Shown: positions 26,401 through 40,933 of the stretch, piece after piece | Position numbering within the stretch: the stretch's first letter is position 1 | How the letters are laid out: each line of letters begins with the position of its first letter | NCBI RefSeq assembly: GCF_963853765.1 | Contig: NC_088859.1 | Location: 1,054,001-1,118,000, forward strand | DNA: 64,000 nucleotides | Direction: 5' to 3' | Source: Magallana gigas | Taxonomy: Eukaryota | The notes under the pieces: model-generated | Databases searched by the model: none | What the model was told of the DNA's origin: nothing | What the model saw: the letters and a program-made list of their open reading frames with translations, nothing else | Position numbers and translations under genes: made by a program

Positions 26401-27079
26401 TATGTAGTACAATATATTTAATTTATCTATAGTGAATAATTAATCAGTGTGTCACAACCATGTGATTGTAGTTGAACTGGAGGAAGAAGTGGAGGAGGCT
26501 AGACAGGAAGTGGAGGAGACCCATCAGGCCCTGGAGAGGAGCATTAGGGTGGTAGAGGAAACCACACAGGAAGTGGTGGAGTCCCGCCAAAAATACAGGT
26601 CTCTCAAACAGAGGCTGCAGCAGAGGGATCAGGCCTTACAGCAGAAGGATCAAGCCTTACAGCAGAAAGATCAAGCTTTACAGCAACACCAGCAAGCCTT
26701 ACAGCAACACCAGCAAGCCTTACAGCAGAAGGATCAGGCCTTACAGCAGAAGGATCAGGCCTTACAGCAGAAGGACAGAATGCTGGAGCAGAAGGACAGA
26801 ATAATTCAACAAGAGAGACAGAGGGTGAGAGAGCTGGAGCAGAACCCTGAGGGCGAGTTCCAGAGACGTCTACGAGAGATGGAGGAAGAGATCCGTCGAC
26901 TGTCTGCCAAGTCGAATCGGGCTGTGTGTAAAATCTGTAGGGTGGAGGAGGTTCAGGTGTCATTCTCACCTTGTAATCACCTGGTCTCTTGTGAGGGGTG
27001 TGTGCCTAGTCTCCCTCAGAACAAGTGCCCCATGTGTAGGAAAACAATTCAGGGTACAGTCAAGATGATTTTAGCTTGA
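23454..27079 (+). CDS. Transmembrane / coiled-coil / C3HC4 (IAP-type) RING protein, putative E3 ubiquitin ligase, about 491 aa
   Basis: Exons 23454-24069, 25079-25279, 26031-26081, 26472-27079, all phase-1 GT-AG junctions, 1476 nt open. Hydrophobic N-terminal segments, QQKDQAL heptads, and a terminal CKICRVEEVQVSFSPCNHLVSCEGC..CPMCRKTI RING. An upstream exon is possible because AG immediately precedes the ATG. Confidence 0.88.
26618..26812 (+). repeat. Coding 21-nt tandem repeat (QQKDQAL/QQHQQAL heptads, about 9 copies)
   Basis: cagcagaaggatcaggcctta-type units in frame in the last exon. Confidence 0.9.
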
Positions 27080-30000
27080 TTAAGTATCAACTCATTGTTA
27101 ATACCATTACATATGTCAGAGAGTGTTGGCAGCATAGTACTGTATTTTAAAGACTATGATTTTACTTTTATCTCTGAACGGAGGCAATTTAAAAAAAAAA
27201 CATTGATTTTTATCAAGTCCTAGGCTATGGATAAAATTGACTCCATAATTACAATTTGTTTTTCACCTGTAGATGAGCTTTATGGGAAAACATTTTCTTA
27301 ATAGATTTTTATTCTTACAACATCCGGTATGGTTGACATATGTAGCAAACTGTTTGTGTTTGTTACGTAAGAGTTTATTAGGAGATTTAATCATTATGAA
27401 ATATTCATTCTTGTTTATGATTGTTTGTTGAAAACCTAGAAGAACATCAAAAATTAACACTTCAAACACTGACTATGTACACTAATTTGTTAACGAATCT
27501 CCAAATGTATTTTCAGGAATTTTTATATATTAACTAAGATTTAACAAAAAAAGATGTTTTGTTCAGTGTCTTAAATTTCTAGATTCAATACTTACGGGCA
27601 GCATGTGCAATAGAATATTGAGTGATTGTTTTATGTACAATGTTTTTACATGTATAAAGAGAATGAAAGTGCTGGATTTATGTTTAGATCTAATAAGTTG
27701 AAATAATTTCTTAATCATGTGTAAATCATTTGTTCTTATCATATACATTTTTTAAATCTATATTTATAAATTTGTGCAAGTACATAATAGTCTGGTAAAA
27801 TTTTACCATAGTTCTAATGTTTTTAATGAAGTGCATTAGCTTCATGGAGTTGAATTTCTGTTTTGTATTTGTAGCGGCTCAAAAATACCAGGAATTAAGT
27901 TTTACCGGTACTTGCATGCTGTTGCATAACATGTACCTTTTAGTTATGACATTTAAGATCATGATGTATAAAGATTGTGCTAGTGTTTGTGTGTGTACAT
28001 CCAAGTATAAGGCTGTGATAATGTAAGAATTACATGTGGTTGTGTGAATGATTCAATGAAAGTTTGTGTCTTTGTGTCTCATGTTCAAACATACAGGTAT
28101 AAAATGTACAGCTATTATATACTCTCAATTTGGCAGCAATTGTACTATAACATCTTGATTCTCAGTCAGAGACTTGCATAATTATATGCAATTTTTTTGA
28201 AACCCCAAAAAAATGTTCAAGTGTTTTTGAATTATTTTTGAAAGTATAACATATACGTAATAAGAATCAGGATAATTGTTAGATTTTTTGATAAAACAAA
28301 AGGGTATCGAGTGCTTATCATGTATATTTGTCAGTTACAATACTGTAATGTATTAAAGACAGATGTATTGTAAAAGGAGTAGCATTTAAAGGAAATGTAA
28401 AATGCTGAATATAAATAATTCATTTTAGAAGAACAAAATGCTATTTTGTTTATATTATACATGTACCATACATACTAATAATACTGCCCTCGAACTTCAG
28501 CAGTATTTAAGCAAAGCCATCGATGAGCAGAGACATCTATACATGAGCTCAGGGCCTCTGTCATTGATATCAGCAATAATGTGTTCACAGAATAAAAATG
28601 AAATCCCATGTCACAAACTACATGTACTGCATTGATTGACATTAATTAAGTTACTTTATATGTAGATACCCATGTTTCTGGTATGAATGTGTGACTGTGA
28701 CAACTAAATGGCTAGCTAGTTTAAGTAAGAATGGCAGAGTTGTAAATGTACATGTACATATGTTTATTAGGAGTGCTATTGAATTTGCTGCAACTAATAA
28801 TTGTAAACAAAGCTTTATTAGATCCTGGGTCACAGTATGTTCATGCAGTGAACTCAGGTAATACAGGTAGTATATATAGTAGCTGCATAGTGCTATCTTT
28901 AGGTTTAATTTTGTGGAAGATTTTGTGTTAAGATGAATTGAAATCAATTGTTTATTGTATTGGTGCATTGAACTAAAATGACATGCAAGGTATATGTAGA
29001 TACCAGTGAATTTCATCTAAAATTTGGCAGCAAACAAGATGAAATATATTCTATTAATGTACTGTACATAAAAGTTCATCTTAGCTTTAGAGACCTGTTA
29101 ATAAATGTACACAATAACAGAGTATGAACATTCATAGATATCAGTTTGTACCTGTATAAAGATCTGTTTTCCTTCTGTCTTTTACTCACTCTATTCTTCT
29201 ATCGCTCATAAGAATTGACTGTATCATAAACCATACACATGTAATCTGTAGAGTGATTATATTAAAATGTAAGCATATAAAATGAGTGTGTGTTGTTTCT
29301 CTTTTATCGATAATGGAAAGTTGAAAAGTTTGTCAACATTCAAATACATGTACCTGTTGACAGTGACACAGAATTGGATTCAAATTGAGTACACGTATCA
29401 CAGAACATACTAGTACTCAGTTTTTATTGGTTAGGAGCCGTGTTTTGTAATTAATATGCACCAGTGTTTTTTTGTCTTGGTACAAAATATAAATCTTGAA
29501 AAAAAATCAAAATCAAAATGCTCCTAAATAATATTTAGCCTGCCAGTTATTATTTTTGCTATTTAGAACAAAAGAAAACACTAAGTATACATTTGTTCAT
29601 ATAATTTTTATTGCATAGGTCCAACACAAGAGTAGGAACAAAGGAAATAGATGCTGTTGGATTATAAGATAGCTGTTCATTTGACCATTTCAAGACAGGT
29701 AGCTCAAACATCTTCTGTAATTGTCTCTTTGGTAATGCAATAATAAATCACAAGGTCTTTTAAAAGGGTATACATGTTTTGCATTGCTTACTTGTTGATA
29801 TAAAGTATTGTAATAACACTTCTACATGTGTTGCATGTATTATCAATATTAAACAATATACCAAATTAGTAAAGACATCAAATGGACCTCTTTTACTAAG
29901 TTTCCACACATGATAATTCCTTATTGATATCTACTATGTTCACATTTAATATTGGTAAATACACACGAACAATTCTGTATAAAACTCATCACACTCGCTT

Positions 30001-31059
30001 CTAACATACTGGTACAGCATAACAAAATTTCGTTTTTTCAATCTTTCTTTTCAACAATAATTCATATCTACATTCAAATTGGTAATTTAGATTAAAAATT
30101 ATCTTCAGTACATTAAATACATGTATCGCATGCATTTCCATGGAAACAGTCTAGAAACTTTGAACACCCTACTAATAAGCAAAAGCTAAACTTTTGTGGT
30201 CTACCTTTAGATACAGATGTATCTCAATTCATTTTCACTACAATTCATTTTTATAACAATTCATATTCAGTAATTTAAAAAAAATTATTGAGGACCTTGA
30301 TGTACAATATACAATTGAATAATAAGCGAAATTCAAACTCATATAATTATGCATTATCATTTTGCACTATAAATCACAAAAACCAACACATTTATATCAT
30401 TAAATTCACGTAAATCAAATGTACATTTTAATAAGCTTTATACATTTTATTTACATGTACAAAACAATTACTGTTATATAGATATATATTAAATCTACAT
30501 GACATGCATTTTCCATGCATTCAAAGAAACGAAATGTTGTTTTCACCTGTGTATGTAGATGCCAATTCAAATTCTCTTAATCATGATACATGGACAATTC
30601 ATTCAACTTTCTGCACATAAAACAATGACACCTATTTGCAAATAAAATACTCACTGGAAGCAAACCAATAAACACACACAATGACCAGGTGATGACTATA
30701 ATACAATCACTAACACAGATCATCAGCAGAAGCCTTATATATTTATATACTTGTATATCTATCTTTATACACATGATCTAGGAGTATACCAATATTAGAG
30801 CCCACAATGGCTAGCTAAAAGTACAATATATATGTACACACACCTACATGTAAGACCTAGTTTACATTATATGCTAATCTAACATACATGATTATGAATA
30901 TATACATGTACATTGTATATGTACAATAATAAGCACATTTTAATTTACAATCTTCATCATTGAATTGTCCTTCGAAACAATATACATATTCAATAAAACA
31001 ATTGATTTTAAAATGATTAAAATGAAAGACAAAGTAAACATAAAACGCCTGGGCCGTCA

Positions 31060-34000
31060 TCAGCTGCGCTTCACTGGTGTAGAGTAGACGGAAATAAAAC
31101 TGTCCGTACTTCCCGCGGCAAGCTTCACCTGTAAAACAATATTTGTTAAATGTGCTTTTTTATTTAGAGCGCTTGTTTACATATGGATTGAATCTTGCAT
31201 CATGCTGACATTTATCTTCAGTATACTTGTGTGGATGTTATTGATTTGCTGAATCTATGTCATCAAAATAAATTAAATACATATAACATATACATCTTTA
31301 GAAAGTTTCATGAATCAACTAAATTCAATAACTCTGGAAAAATAATTAAACAGTTCCTCATAGAAAAAAAACACTGTCAAACAAAAAATTATCAAAAGAC
31401 CATAAAAACAACACCAGGAAATACATTAGATGAGAGGAGTTATGTACCTTGTATGGATGAAATGCCAGACAGCTGGCAGCGCCGATCCTCTGTCCCAGGA
31501 ATCCCTCGTGGTACTTGATGGTACTCAGGTTGTCTCCCGACGTGTTGTACACACCGATGAACTGGTTAGGGGAACCACTGCAACAACAGACAACACCCTT
31601 CTGAACAACTTCATTAAAAATAGATACCATGAGTATTTCTTTTTAAATTCATTTTCAATGATTCTACATGTATTTTAGAATAAAGAATGGACAATATCTA
31701 TTGGATAATAATAACAATGTTCTGAGATTTATCAGGCTGAGAATCTGATAACTTTGAACAGGAATGTGACATGAGTTTACAAACAACACAGCTGCCTGTA
31801 AATCATCTAAAGTTTAACTATTACGCTTTCTTTTGCCTGAGAGAATAACATTAAATGGAATGATGTCTGTGAGTTTTGACACTCACCAAGCTAACACATC
31901 AGCGTGTTTGTGAATCTCCAAGGCTGTGATTCCCTGGGTAAGGTTCAGTGTTCTCACCGACTCTGTGAACCTCGGGTCCCAAAACCTCACATCTCCAGCG
32001 TTACTGAAAATAGCAAAGATTGTCAGTGGTAAAGGAACAGTTTGATCAAATAGTACCGGTAATGAATCATGCATGGCTGCTTTATAAGCTGTGAGGTTTC
32101 AATCTTGGACTTACCTTGCACTAACAATTTTGCCCTCGGACCCCTTCTGGAGGTGAACTTTGACAACCCATCTATTATGCTCCCTGAGAGTCATAACTCG
32201 ACTGAAAAGGAGAACAATGGCCTCAGTGCTACATGTAATACATAATGTGTACTGTATACAGGGAAATACTTGCCCCCTTTTATTTTTGCCCCTTTGCCCT
32301 CATTGTCAATGGGCTAATATAAGACTGGGCAAATTTAAATTTCTCAAATTATCTCTCTTATAACACAACTGTGTCTGGGCAAATTCAAGATCAGGTGAAA
32401 CTGTTTGCAGGTGTAAAGGCCAAAAATTACATGGGGTGAAAATACCCCATATACAGTAATACATTTCTTTTTTAAAATAAGTTTTCTTAAACTAGATTTA
32501 TCCCAACTGTTGCTATTGTCTATTTATTAAAATAAAACATAAGAATGAGAACTTTGCTGACCATTCTGATGGAGCTAGTCGTCTGTCGAACAGCCGTACA
32601 GATCCATCGCCACAACCTGCGATCAGCAGAGACCGGCCGAACGAGTCTGAGGCCAGACTGGTCACACAGCTCTCTGCTCCAGTCGGTATGTCCTACAGGT
32701 AAACATAAAGTAAACTACAGGTACACAAACTGTAAACCACAGGTACACATACAGTAAACCACAGGTACACATACAGTAAACCACAGGTACACATACAGTA
32801 AACCACAGGTACACATACAGTAAACCACAGGTACACATACAGTAAACCACAGGTACACATACAGTAAACCACAGGTACACACACAGTAAACTACAGGTAC
32901 ACATATAGTAAATTACAGGTTAACATATAGTAAACTACATGTATAAGTACACAGTAAATGATTGGTAACAAATCACAGAAAACTCGAAGTAAACAGCACA
33001 TACATGTACATTGTACACCACAAAAATGTTTTCAAACAACCGAAAAGGTTTAAACATACTGCCAAACTTTATAAAGATTGAAAAAATTGTTGATTTCTTT
33101 TCCTTCATCCTCACTCTCCTTTGTGGAGACTTTATTCAAACCTCTTGTTTTAACATCTACAACTAGATTCTCACCTAATTCCCTCTATTACCATCAGGTT
33201 CCTTATGAACTTACCTGGACTTTGGTTTCCCTTTGAGAATCCCAGATCCGTATGATTCGGACATCCCCTGAGGCCAGTAACATTCCAGATTCCTGCTCCC
33301 AATCCAGCACAAGTCCAGCTCCTACAAAATACACGCAGCATTGTTAAGGCGTCCCGATGCTAAAATACGGCTGGAAAACGATATTATTTGAATCATGGCA
33401 AAAATAATTTTACCGGGAGTATTTCTTTAAATCTATGTTACATTTATTGACATCGATGTTAAACATTATATTTGATGCATTTTTGTGACGTCATATGTAC
33501 TTCGTAATCACGTGACAGGCGAATCCTAATATTGCAAATGATCTAGTTAAAACGCATCGGCGCAGGTGATTAATGACATTAAATCATACATATTTTTAAG
33601 AAAAATCCTTTGTTAAGTCATAAACTTTGAAGTTCTTGCTTGGGAAAGAAATAGATATTTCGTTTATAGAAGATATTGTTGAAACATTCCACAAAATCAT
33701 CAAAATAATGCACATTTTTACTAATCAAAAGCGATTTACAAAAAAATGGGGTAAATCCGTAGGTTTCCGCAGCACGATTCACATTGGTACTTATATTCTC
33801 TACCAATTTTACGTAAAACATTCTAAAATTGTGTTGATCTTTCACCTGCGCCAAGCTGGTTTTACATGCATTAAAATTTCTTCATTCAGTTGTTTACACG
33901 TAGCAGGGAGAGTCTCCAAACCACTAGTTTATAAATAGTCTTTACCTTAAAACGAAGCTTTAAAACTGCCGATTATTTGATACTGGTTTTTAATATGAAT

Positions 34001-37000
34001 GAATTCTGTACGTCTAGAATTAACTGCAACATCTATATAAAGGAAACATGCGGTATTATACTGGTTTGATATAATTCACTTTTAACGTTAAGATACATTC
34101 CCTGAGAACTATCGACAGGAATGCAGGTCGTGACGTCAAAGTTAATTATGACGTCATATCGTATGAAGTACAGACAAGTGACTTTCTACATATCGCATCG
34201 GTAAGCCTTAACATGCCCGCGCAGAGTTCCATTCATTGTCTGTTAATGTACATGTGTAAATACGGATCAAATACGTCATGGGACAATTTTTAGTTATAAA
34301 CAGTTTTAATACCACTGGGATTTTTTATCAATGTTCTATTACATGTATTATATTTGCTTTAACACCTGTGATTGGGTCAACTACCCTAACCATATGCAGT
34401 CATTTACCCCATACAGAAACTTACGTCTGACAGTAGGAATGAGGTCAGATATGGCTTGAAATGCTGTCACCAGTTCCTTCCCATCATACCCCTCTGATAG
34501 GTAGTTCCTCCATATCCGGACCGAACCATCATCTGTCAAACAATGATACATCTGTTAATGTCAAACACATATATATATATATTCAGATACATGTAAAATA
34601 AAATATAGGGCTGGGTCAAAATACCAGTGGTCAAAACATGTAAAGCTCAAAACAGGAAAGCATTCTACAGAATGAATAACAGAGTACTGGAAGTACATGA
34701 TGTATATCTCAAACGATAACATACCAGTTTTATGAGGTAAATTTGCGAATCATTTTGAGGATTAGTGAATTTGTTGATCCTAATGTCACACAACAACAGG
34801 GACTCATTGTGAGGGTTGATGAAGTCCATTGCTGATGTCTCTATACATGTACTCACCTGTTCCACACAACAACAGGGACTCATCGTGAGGGTTGATGAAG
34901 TCCATGGCTGATGTCTCTATACATGTACTCACCTGTTCCACACAACAACAGGGACTCATTGTGAGGATTGATGAAGTCCATGGCTGATGTCTCTATACAT
35001 GTACTAACCTGTTTCACACAACAACAGGGACTCATTGTGAGGGTTGATGAAGTCCATGGCTGATGTCTCTATACATGTACTCACCTGTTCCACACAACAA
35101 CAGGGACTCATCGTGAGGGTTGATGAAGTCCATGGCTGATGTCTCTATACATGTACTCACCTGTTCCACACAACAACAGGGACTCATTGTGAGGGTTGAT
35201 GGAGTCCATGGCTGATGTCTCTATACATGTACTCACCTGTTCCACACAATAACAGGGACTCATCGTGAGGGTTGATGGAGTCCATGGCTGATGTCTCTAT
35301 ACATGTACTCACCTGTTCCACACAACAACAGGGACTCATCGTGAGGGTTGATGAAGTCCATGACTGATGTCTCTATACATGTACTCACCTGTTCCACACA
35401 ACAACAGGGACTCATTGTGAGGGTTGATGAAGTCCATGGCTGATGTCTCTATACATGTACTCACCTGTTCCACACAATAACAGGGACTCATTGTGAGGGT
35501 TGATGAAGTCCATGGCTGATGTCTCTATACATGTACTCACCTGTTCCACACAACAACAGGGACTCATTGTGAGGGTTGATGAAGTCCATGGCTGATGTCT
35601 CTATACATGTACTCACCTGTTCCACACAACAGGGACTCATTGTGAGGGTTGATGGAGTCCATGGCTGATGTCTCTATACATGTACTCACCTGTTCCACAC
35701 AACAACAGGGACTCATTGTGAGGGTTGATGAAGTCCATGGCTGATGTCTCTATACATGTACTCACCTGTTCCACACAACAACAGGGACTCATCGTGAGGG
35801 TTGATGAAGTCCATGGCTGATGTCTCTATACATGTACTCACCTGTTCCACACAACAACAGGGACTCATCGTGAGGATTGATGAAGTCCATGGCTGATGTC
35901 TCTATACATGTACTCACCTGTTCCACACAACAACAGGGACTCATCGTGAGGGTTGATGAAGTCCATGGCTGATGTCTCTATACATGTACTCACCTGTTCC
36001 ACACAATAACAGGGACTCATCGTGAGGGTTGATGAAGTCCATGGCTGATGTCTCTATACATGTACTCACCTGTTCCACACAACAACAGGGACTCATCGTG
36101 AGGGTTGATGGAGTCCATGGCTGATGTCTCTATACATGTACTCACCTGTTCCACACAACAACAGGGACTCATCGTGAGGGTTGATGGAGTCCATGGCTGA
36201 TGTCTCTATACATGTACTCACCTGTTCCACACAACAACAGGGACTCATTGTGAGGGTTGATGAAGTCCATGGCTGATGTCTCTATACATGTACTCACCTG
36301 TTCCACACAACAACAGGGACTCATTGTGAGGGTTGATGAAGTCCATGGCTGATGTCTCTATACATGTACTCACCTGTTCCACACAACAACAGGGACTCAT
36401 CGTGAGGGTTGATGAAGTCCATGGCTGATGTCTCTATACATGTACTCACCTGTTCCACACAACAACAGGGACTCATTGTGAGGGTTGATGAAGTCCATGG
36501 CTGATGTCTCTATACATGTACTCACCTGTTCCACACAACAACAGGGACTCATCGTGAGGGTTGATGAAGTCCATGGCTGATGTCTCTATACATGTACTCA
36601 CCTGTTCCACACAACAACAGGGACTCATCGTGAGGGTTGATGAAGTCCATGGCTGATATCTTGGTGTTCTTCAGGTTCTCATTGTAAATGTAGTTAATCT
36701 TTGTCCCCTGTTCCCAATCCCAAAAACTAAAAACAAACACAATAAACCTTTTGATATTTCATTAAATAGAGAAATATAGGGTTAGCAAGTCCAAATTAAA
36801 AATTTACATGTACAATAGAAGAGCCTTGCGAGACTGACCATATTCCATCCTTGTCTGCGACGGCTACGTGGCCCTCGTACGGATGGAACTTGATGACCGA
36901 GGGGATTCCCTGGTTTTTGTTGACAAACACCTCCACATCTAGCCTGTTAAAGCCTGAAACATTCAAATGAACATCCATGGTACAGACTATCCACTTAAAT

Positions 37001-40000
37001 AATATTACAAACTACAGAGATATTATCAAGTACCGGTACCAGTGTTTGAAAATTTGTTGGTTTGTTAATCTGTTAAGGAGGCTTTTCTGTAAAGTTTTCC
37101 TTTGTTACACAATGACTCTAATTTGTTTTTGGAATACAAATAATTCTTTATTGGCTCTTTTAATCAATATTAGAAAATTCTCCGTATCTTTTAAATATTT
37201 TCCTTCTGTCCATCACATGAAAACTTGGTGGTGTTTAAGTGCATGTGTTTCTTTACTACACAATGCCTCTCGTTTGATTGGGGTGTACACTGCACAGGTA
37301 TATACAGTGTATGTTAGTTTCAAGCAGAGAATCCTCACACTCTTAGAGTATATGACCTGACACATACCTGCCCTGACTTGTTCCTCTCTGGCCTCCTGTC
37401 TGACGTTGTTGTTCCGGAGGAACCGGAACTCTCGTCTGTGGTGGGAGGAGCTCTCCGGATCCTGCTCTTCGGACAATCGCATCAGTGGCTGGGCAAAATG
37501 GCGGCAGCTCCAATCAAAGAACTCGGTCGTCACAGAGGTAGACTTGAGACTTTTGGGTTCTTCCTCCTTCTCTTCGTGAATCTGAGAAATTGTTTATTTT
37601 GAACATATTTCACATTGTATACTGGTATTATAATATAAATTATAATACAAATTATAATACACAAAGGGTCAATATTGCATACTATAAGAAATGATACATA
37701 CATGTATAAAGTTTTGAACACACATTCATCACAATTTCTATGGTGCTTATCCTAAATTGTTTGATAATATCTTTGAAATTCAAAAACACAGGAAAATCTA
37801 ATTACAAAAAGTTACAATAATAATCATACCAATGATGAAGAATTCCTCTCGGAGAGCAGTTTCTTGCCCCTGCCATGAGGACTAGTGTAGGAGTTGACTT
37901 TTCCCGACAGATGGGGGGAGGAATAGTCTCGCCTCATTTGACTACCTGGAGTAGAATGGTCTTCTGGGAAGTGATTTTGTGGAGGAGTTCTAAAATAAAT
38001 AGAATATTCTAATAATATTAACAAAACAACTTTAAATATGAATATGCAATATAGATAAGCAAAACCAAAAAATCTAAGGTTTCATTTATAATGGCTCAAC
38101 TTACCCATGTATAGGGGCGGTATTGGAAGGGCTAGAGGGGGCGGAGTAGCAGGTCTTGGGGTTCTGTATCACATGGGTGGGGCGAGCACTCAGTGAGGCC
38201 TGTAAAAGAAGTCACATGTGTTTATACAAACACCTACTGTGGTACTCCATATCACATCATGTAAATGTATTAAACATAAGTTGTATTTATGTACCTTTAT
38301 GTGAGTATGGATGAGAATAAATGAATTAAATACATGTAACTCTAAACATATACATGTAGATTTTTTATTGTTTGCCATGTGTGCATGTGACTGTTTGTTA
38401 TATGTCACATGGGTGATATCTCCCACACAATGAGGAAAGTATAATAAAATTCATGATAAGAAAAGAGAAATGAGCAAATATACAATGAAAATATAATTGT
38501 TGTCTCCTAAGACTCTAGCCAGGAGCTTTACCAACTATATCCACAGTCCCCATAAAACAACTGACATAGACTACCTTGAGTTTGAGAGCATTGACTTAGG
38601 CTACCTTGAGTTTGAGAGTATTGACTTGGCTACCTTGAGTTTGAGAGCATTGACTTAGGCTACTTTGAGTTTGAGAGCATTGACTTAGGCTACTTTGAGT
38701 TTGAGAGCATTGACTTAGGGTACTTTGAGTTTGAGAGCATTGACTTAGGCTACCTTGAGTCTGAGAGTATTGACTTAGGCTACCTTGAGTCTGAGAGTAT
38801 TGACTTGGCTACCTTGAGTTTGAGAATATTGACTTGGCTACCTTGAGTTTGAGAGTACATGTATTGACTTAGACTACCTTGAGTTTGAGAGTATTGACGA
38901 TCTGTTTGGCCATGTCCGCCACCTCTCTGTGTGGCCCCATTGCCAGCTGGACTAGGACCTTCCACACAGTCATATACACGCTGCTGAAGGTGGTGCCTGC
39001 CAGGGTGGAGCTGGAGTAGGTCCGCCGCACCGTGGTGCTCTCTCCGGAGTAGCTGTCACTGGAGCTGAAAGACGCGCCCATGTTGGCGATGGAGTTAGAG
39101 GACTGGAGGGCTGAAAGAAAAAAGATTGTAGACCATCATGAAGGCATTATTTATCACCTATTGAAAGCAATATACAGTAACTTCTGATGAAAGTAATATA
39201 TCATCTTATGAAAGCATTATATCATCAAATGAAATCTGAAGATTGAATTTTAGAGCAATAATGAAATATCTACAATATATACATGAAATACAAATTAACA
39301 TTAAAATTCATACAAATTTACTGAATTAGGTGTGTTAGAATTCTGATTATCAAAAAGTGTGCAGAAAGAAATCAGTGTAATTTAATCTGTAGAGTGATTG
39401 AAGGAAAATGTATACAATGGATGTGTTATGATATCCCTACACCACATGACAAGAAAGCTTGAAGACAATGTATCACACGACTAACTGGGTCTGTAGCTAG
39501 CCACACATATATATGAAGATATACTTGTGTACAATTTATACTTAGTAACACCTTTACATGTGCTACTAAAGAGAAGGCACCAAAGAAAGTTGTAACATAA
39601 ATAAAGTCTAAAGGCTTATATACAATGTATGCTGAGTACTTGGATAAAACACAAACAAAAACAAAATACAAACAAGAAAAACGGCTAAGAAAAGCATATC
39701 CTCATGATAGGAAACAGGTATCGTATGTGTCGTAATCCAAGTCAAGTCAAGTCATTTGTTTATTGTGTTCTATTGTTAACTCTTGAATAAAACTTGAATT
39801 GAATTTACACAAAAATATCAGAAATCTCAAGAGAAAAATTCAAGAATAACTTTGGAATGATTAAGATTTGACTAAAAATTTGCAAAGATTGTTTAGGCCA
39901 AGGTTTTAGGCATTGCTGCCTCGACTGAAAAATGCTGCTGCATGGATTTTTTTTTCGCCAATAATAAACGGGAAACAAATAAGTTTTTCAAATTTTTGTA

Positions 40001-40898
40001 TAAAATGTATATATCGAGTTATTCCCCTTTGCTATATTTTTACAAAAGAAAAATAAAATGCTTGCCTCTTGCATATTTGGCTTGAGAATGAATAGATTAA
40101 TTTTTGGGGGCCCTACAGTTCTTAAGTAGGAATTAAGGGTTTCTTTCAATTTTGCAAACAAGTTTACACAGTAACACACCCAATACACATAATCTGTGAT
40201 ATTATATTATGTCAAGAGGGGAAAATTATCTACAGGTATCATTCACCATGAACAAAAAATGTAACTGATAGTTTTTGCTCTAGATAACATGATTTATGTT
40301 AGAATACTTAGATCTCCCTTCCACCGACAAAATAAATGAAATGTCTTCAATTAAAACAATTTTTCTAGTTAGTAAGAAAAGGGCTTCTTCTGAAAACATA
40401 TAGACTTTGAACTTCCTATAAAATAATTTTTCAATCTGATTTCCTCCAAAATATAATACTAGTAGTCTTTGGTTAATGATATAAAAATTCATAAAAAAAA
40501 AATAAATAGATCCTGACGATAAAGGCCAAGAAAAATTATTGTATATTTCCTCAAGCATTACTATATAATCATTGAAGGATAAAAACATTAATTTTCTTAA
40601 TGAATTTTGAGAAAACTTGAGTTGACAGAAATGAGATATTAACTCTTGAAAACTTAAATAAAATCAAAGAAAATTGCAATATATTTCAAAATCATAAGCT
40701 TACAAACAAAACATTAATTTTTAATGGCCAAATAAATTGTTGTAATCAGTTTTCCGAAGAAACCCTCTCCCATACAAAAAGAGACAACAGACAGAAGGCA
40801 CAGAGGACAGGACGTGGTTACCAGTGGTGCCAGATACAAGATTCCACCCACCAGGGACCTCCCCGGTCACAGTGGCGCTCTTCTCCTTCTGTTTCTCC

Positions 40899-40933
<35 letters not shown>

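Noticed and set aside
26604-26969. Antisense ORF with PSAVRPD repeats
   Set aside because: Shadow of the coding heptad repeat on the plus strand.
32662-32904. Cys-rich repetitive ORFs ([22 protein letters not shown])
   Set aside because: Translations of the 22-bp intronic minisatellite.
34780-36657. Regular array resembling a CRISPR locus
   Set aside because: The units are contiguous with no unique spacers, they derive from a Raptor exon-intron junction, and there are no cas genes in this eukaryotic context.
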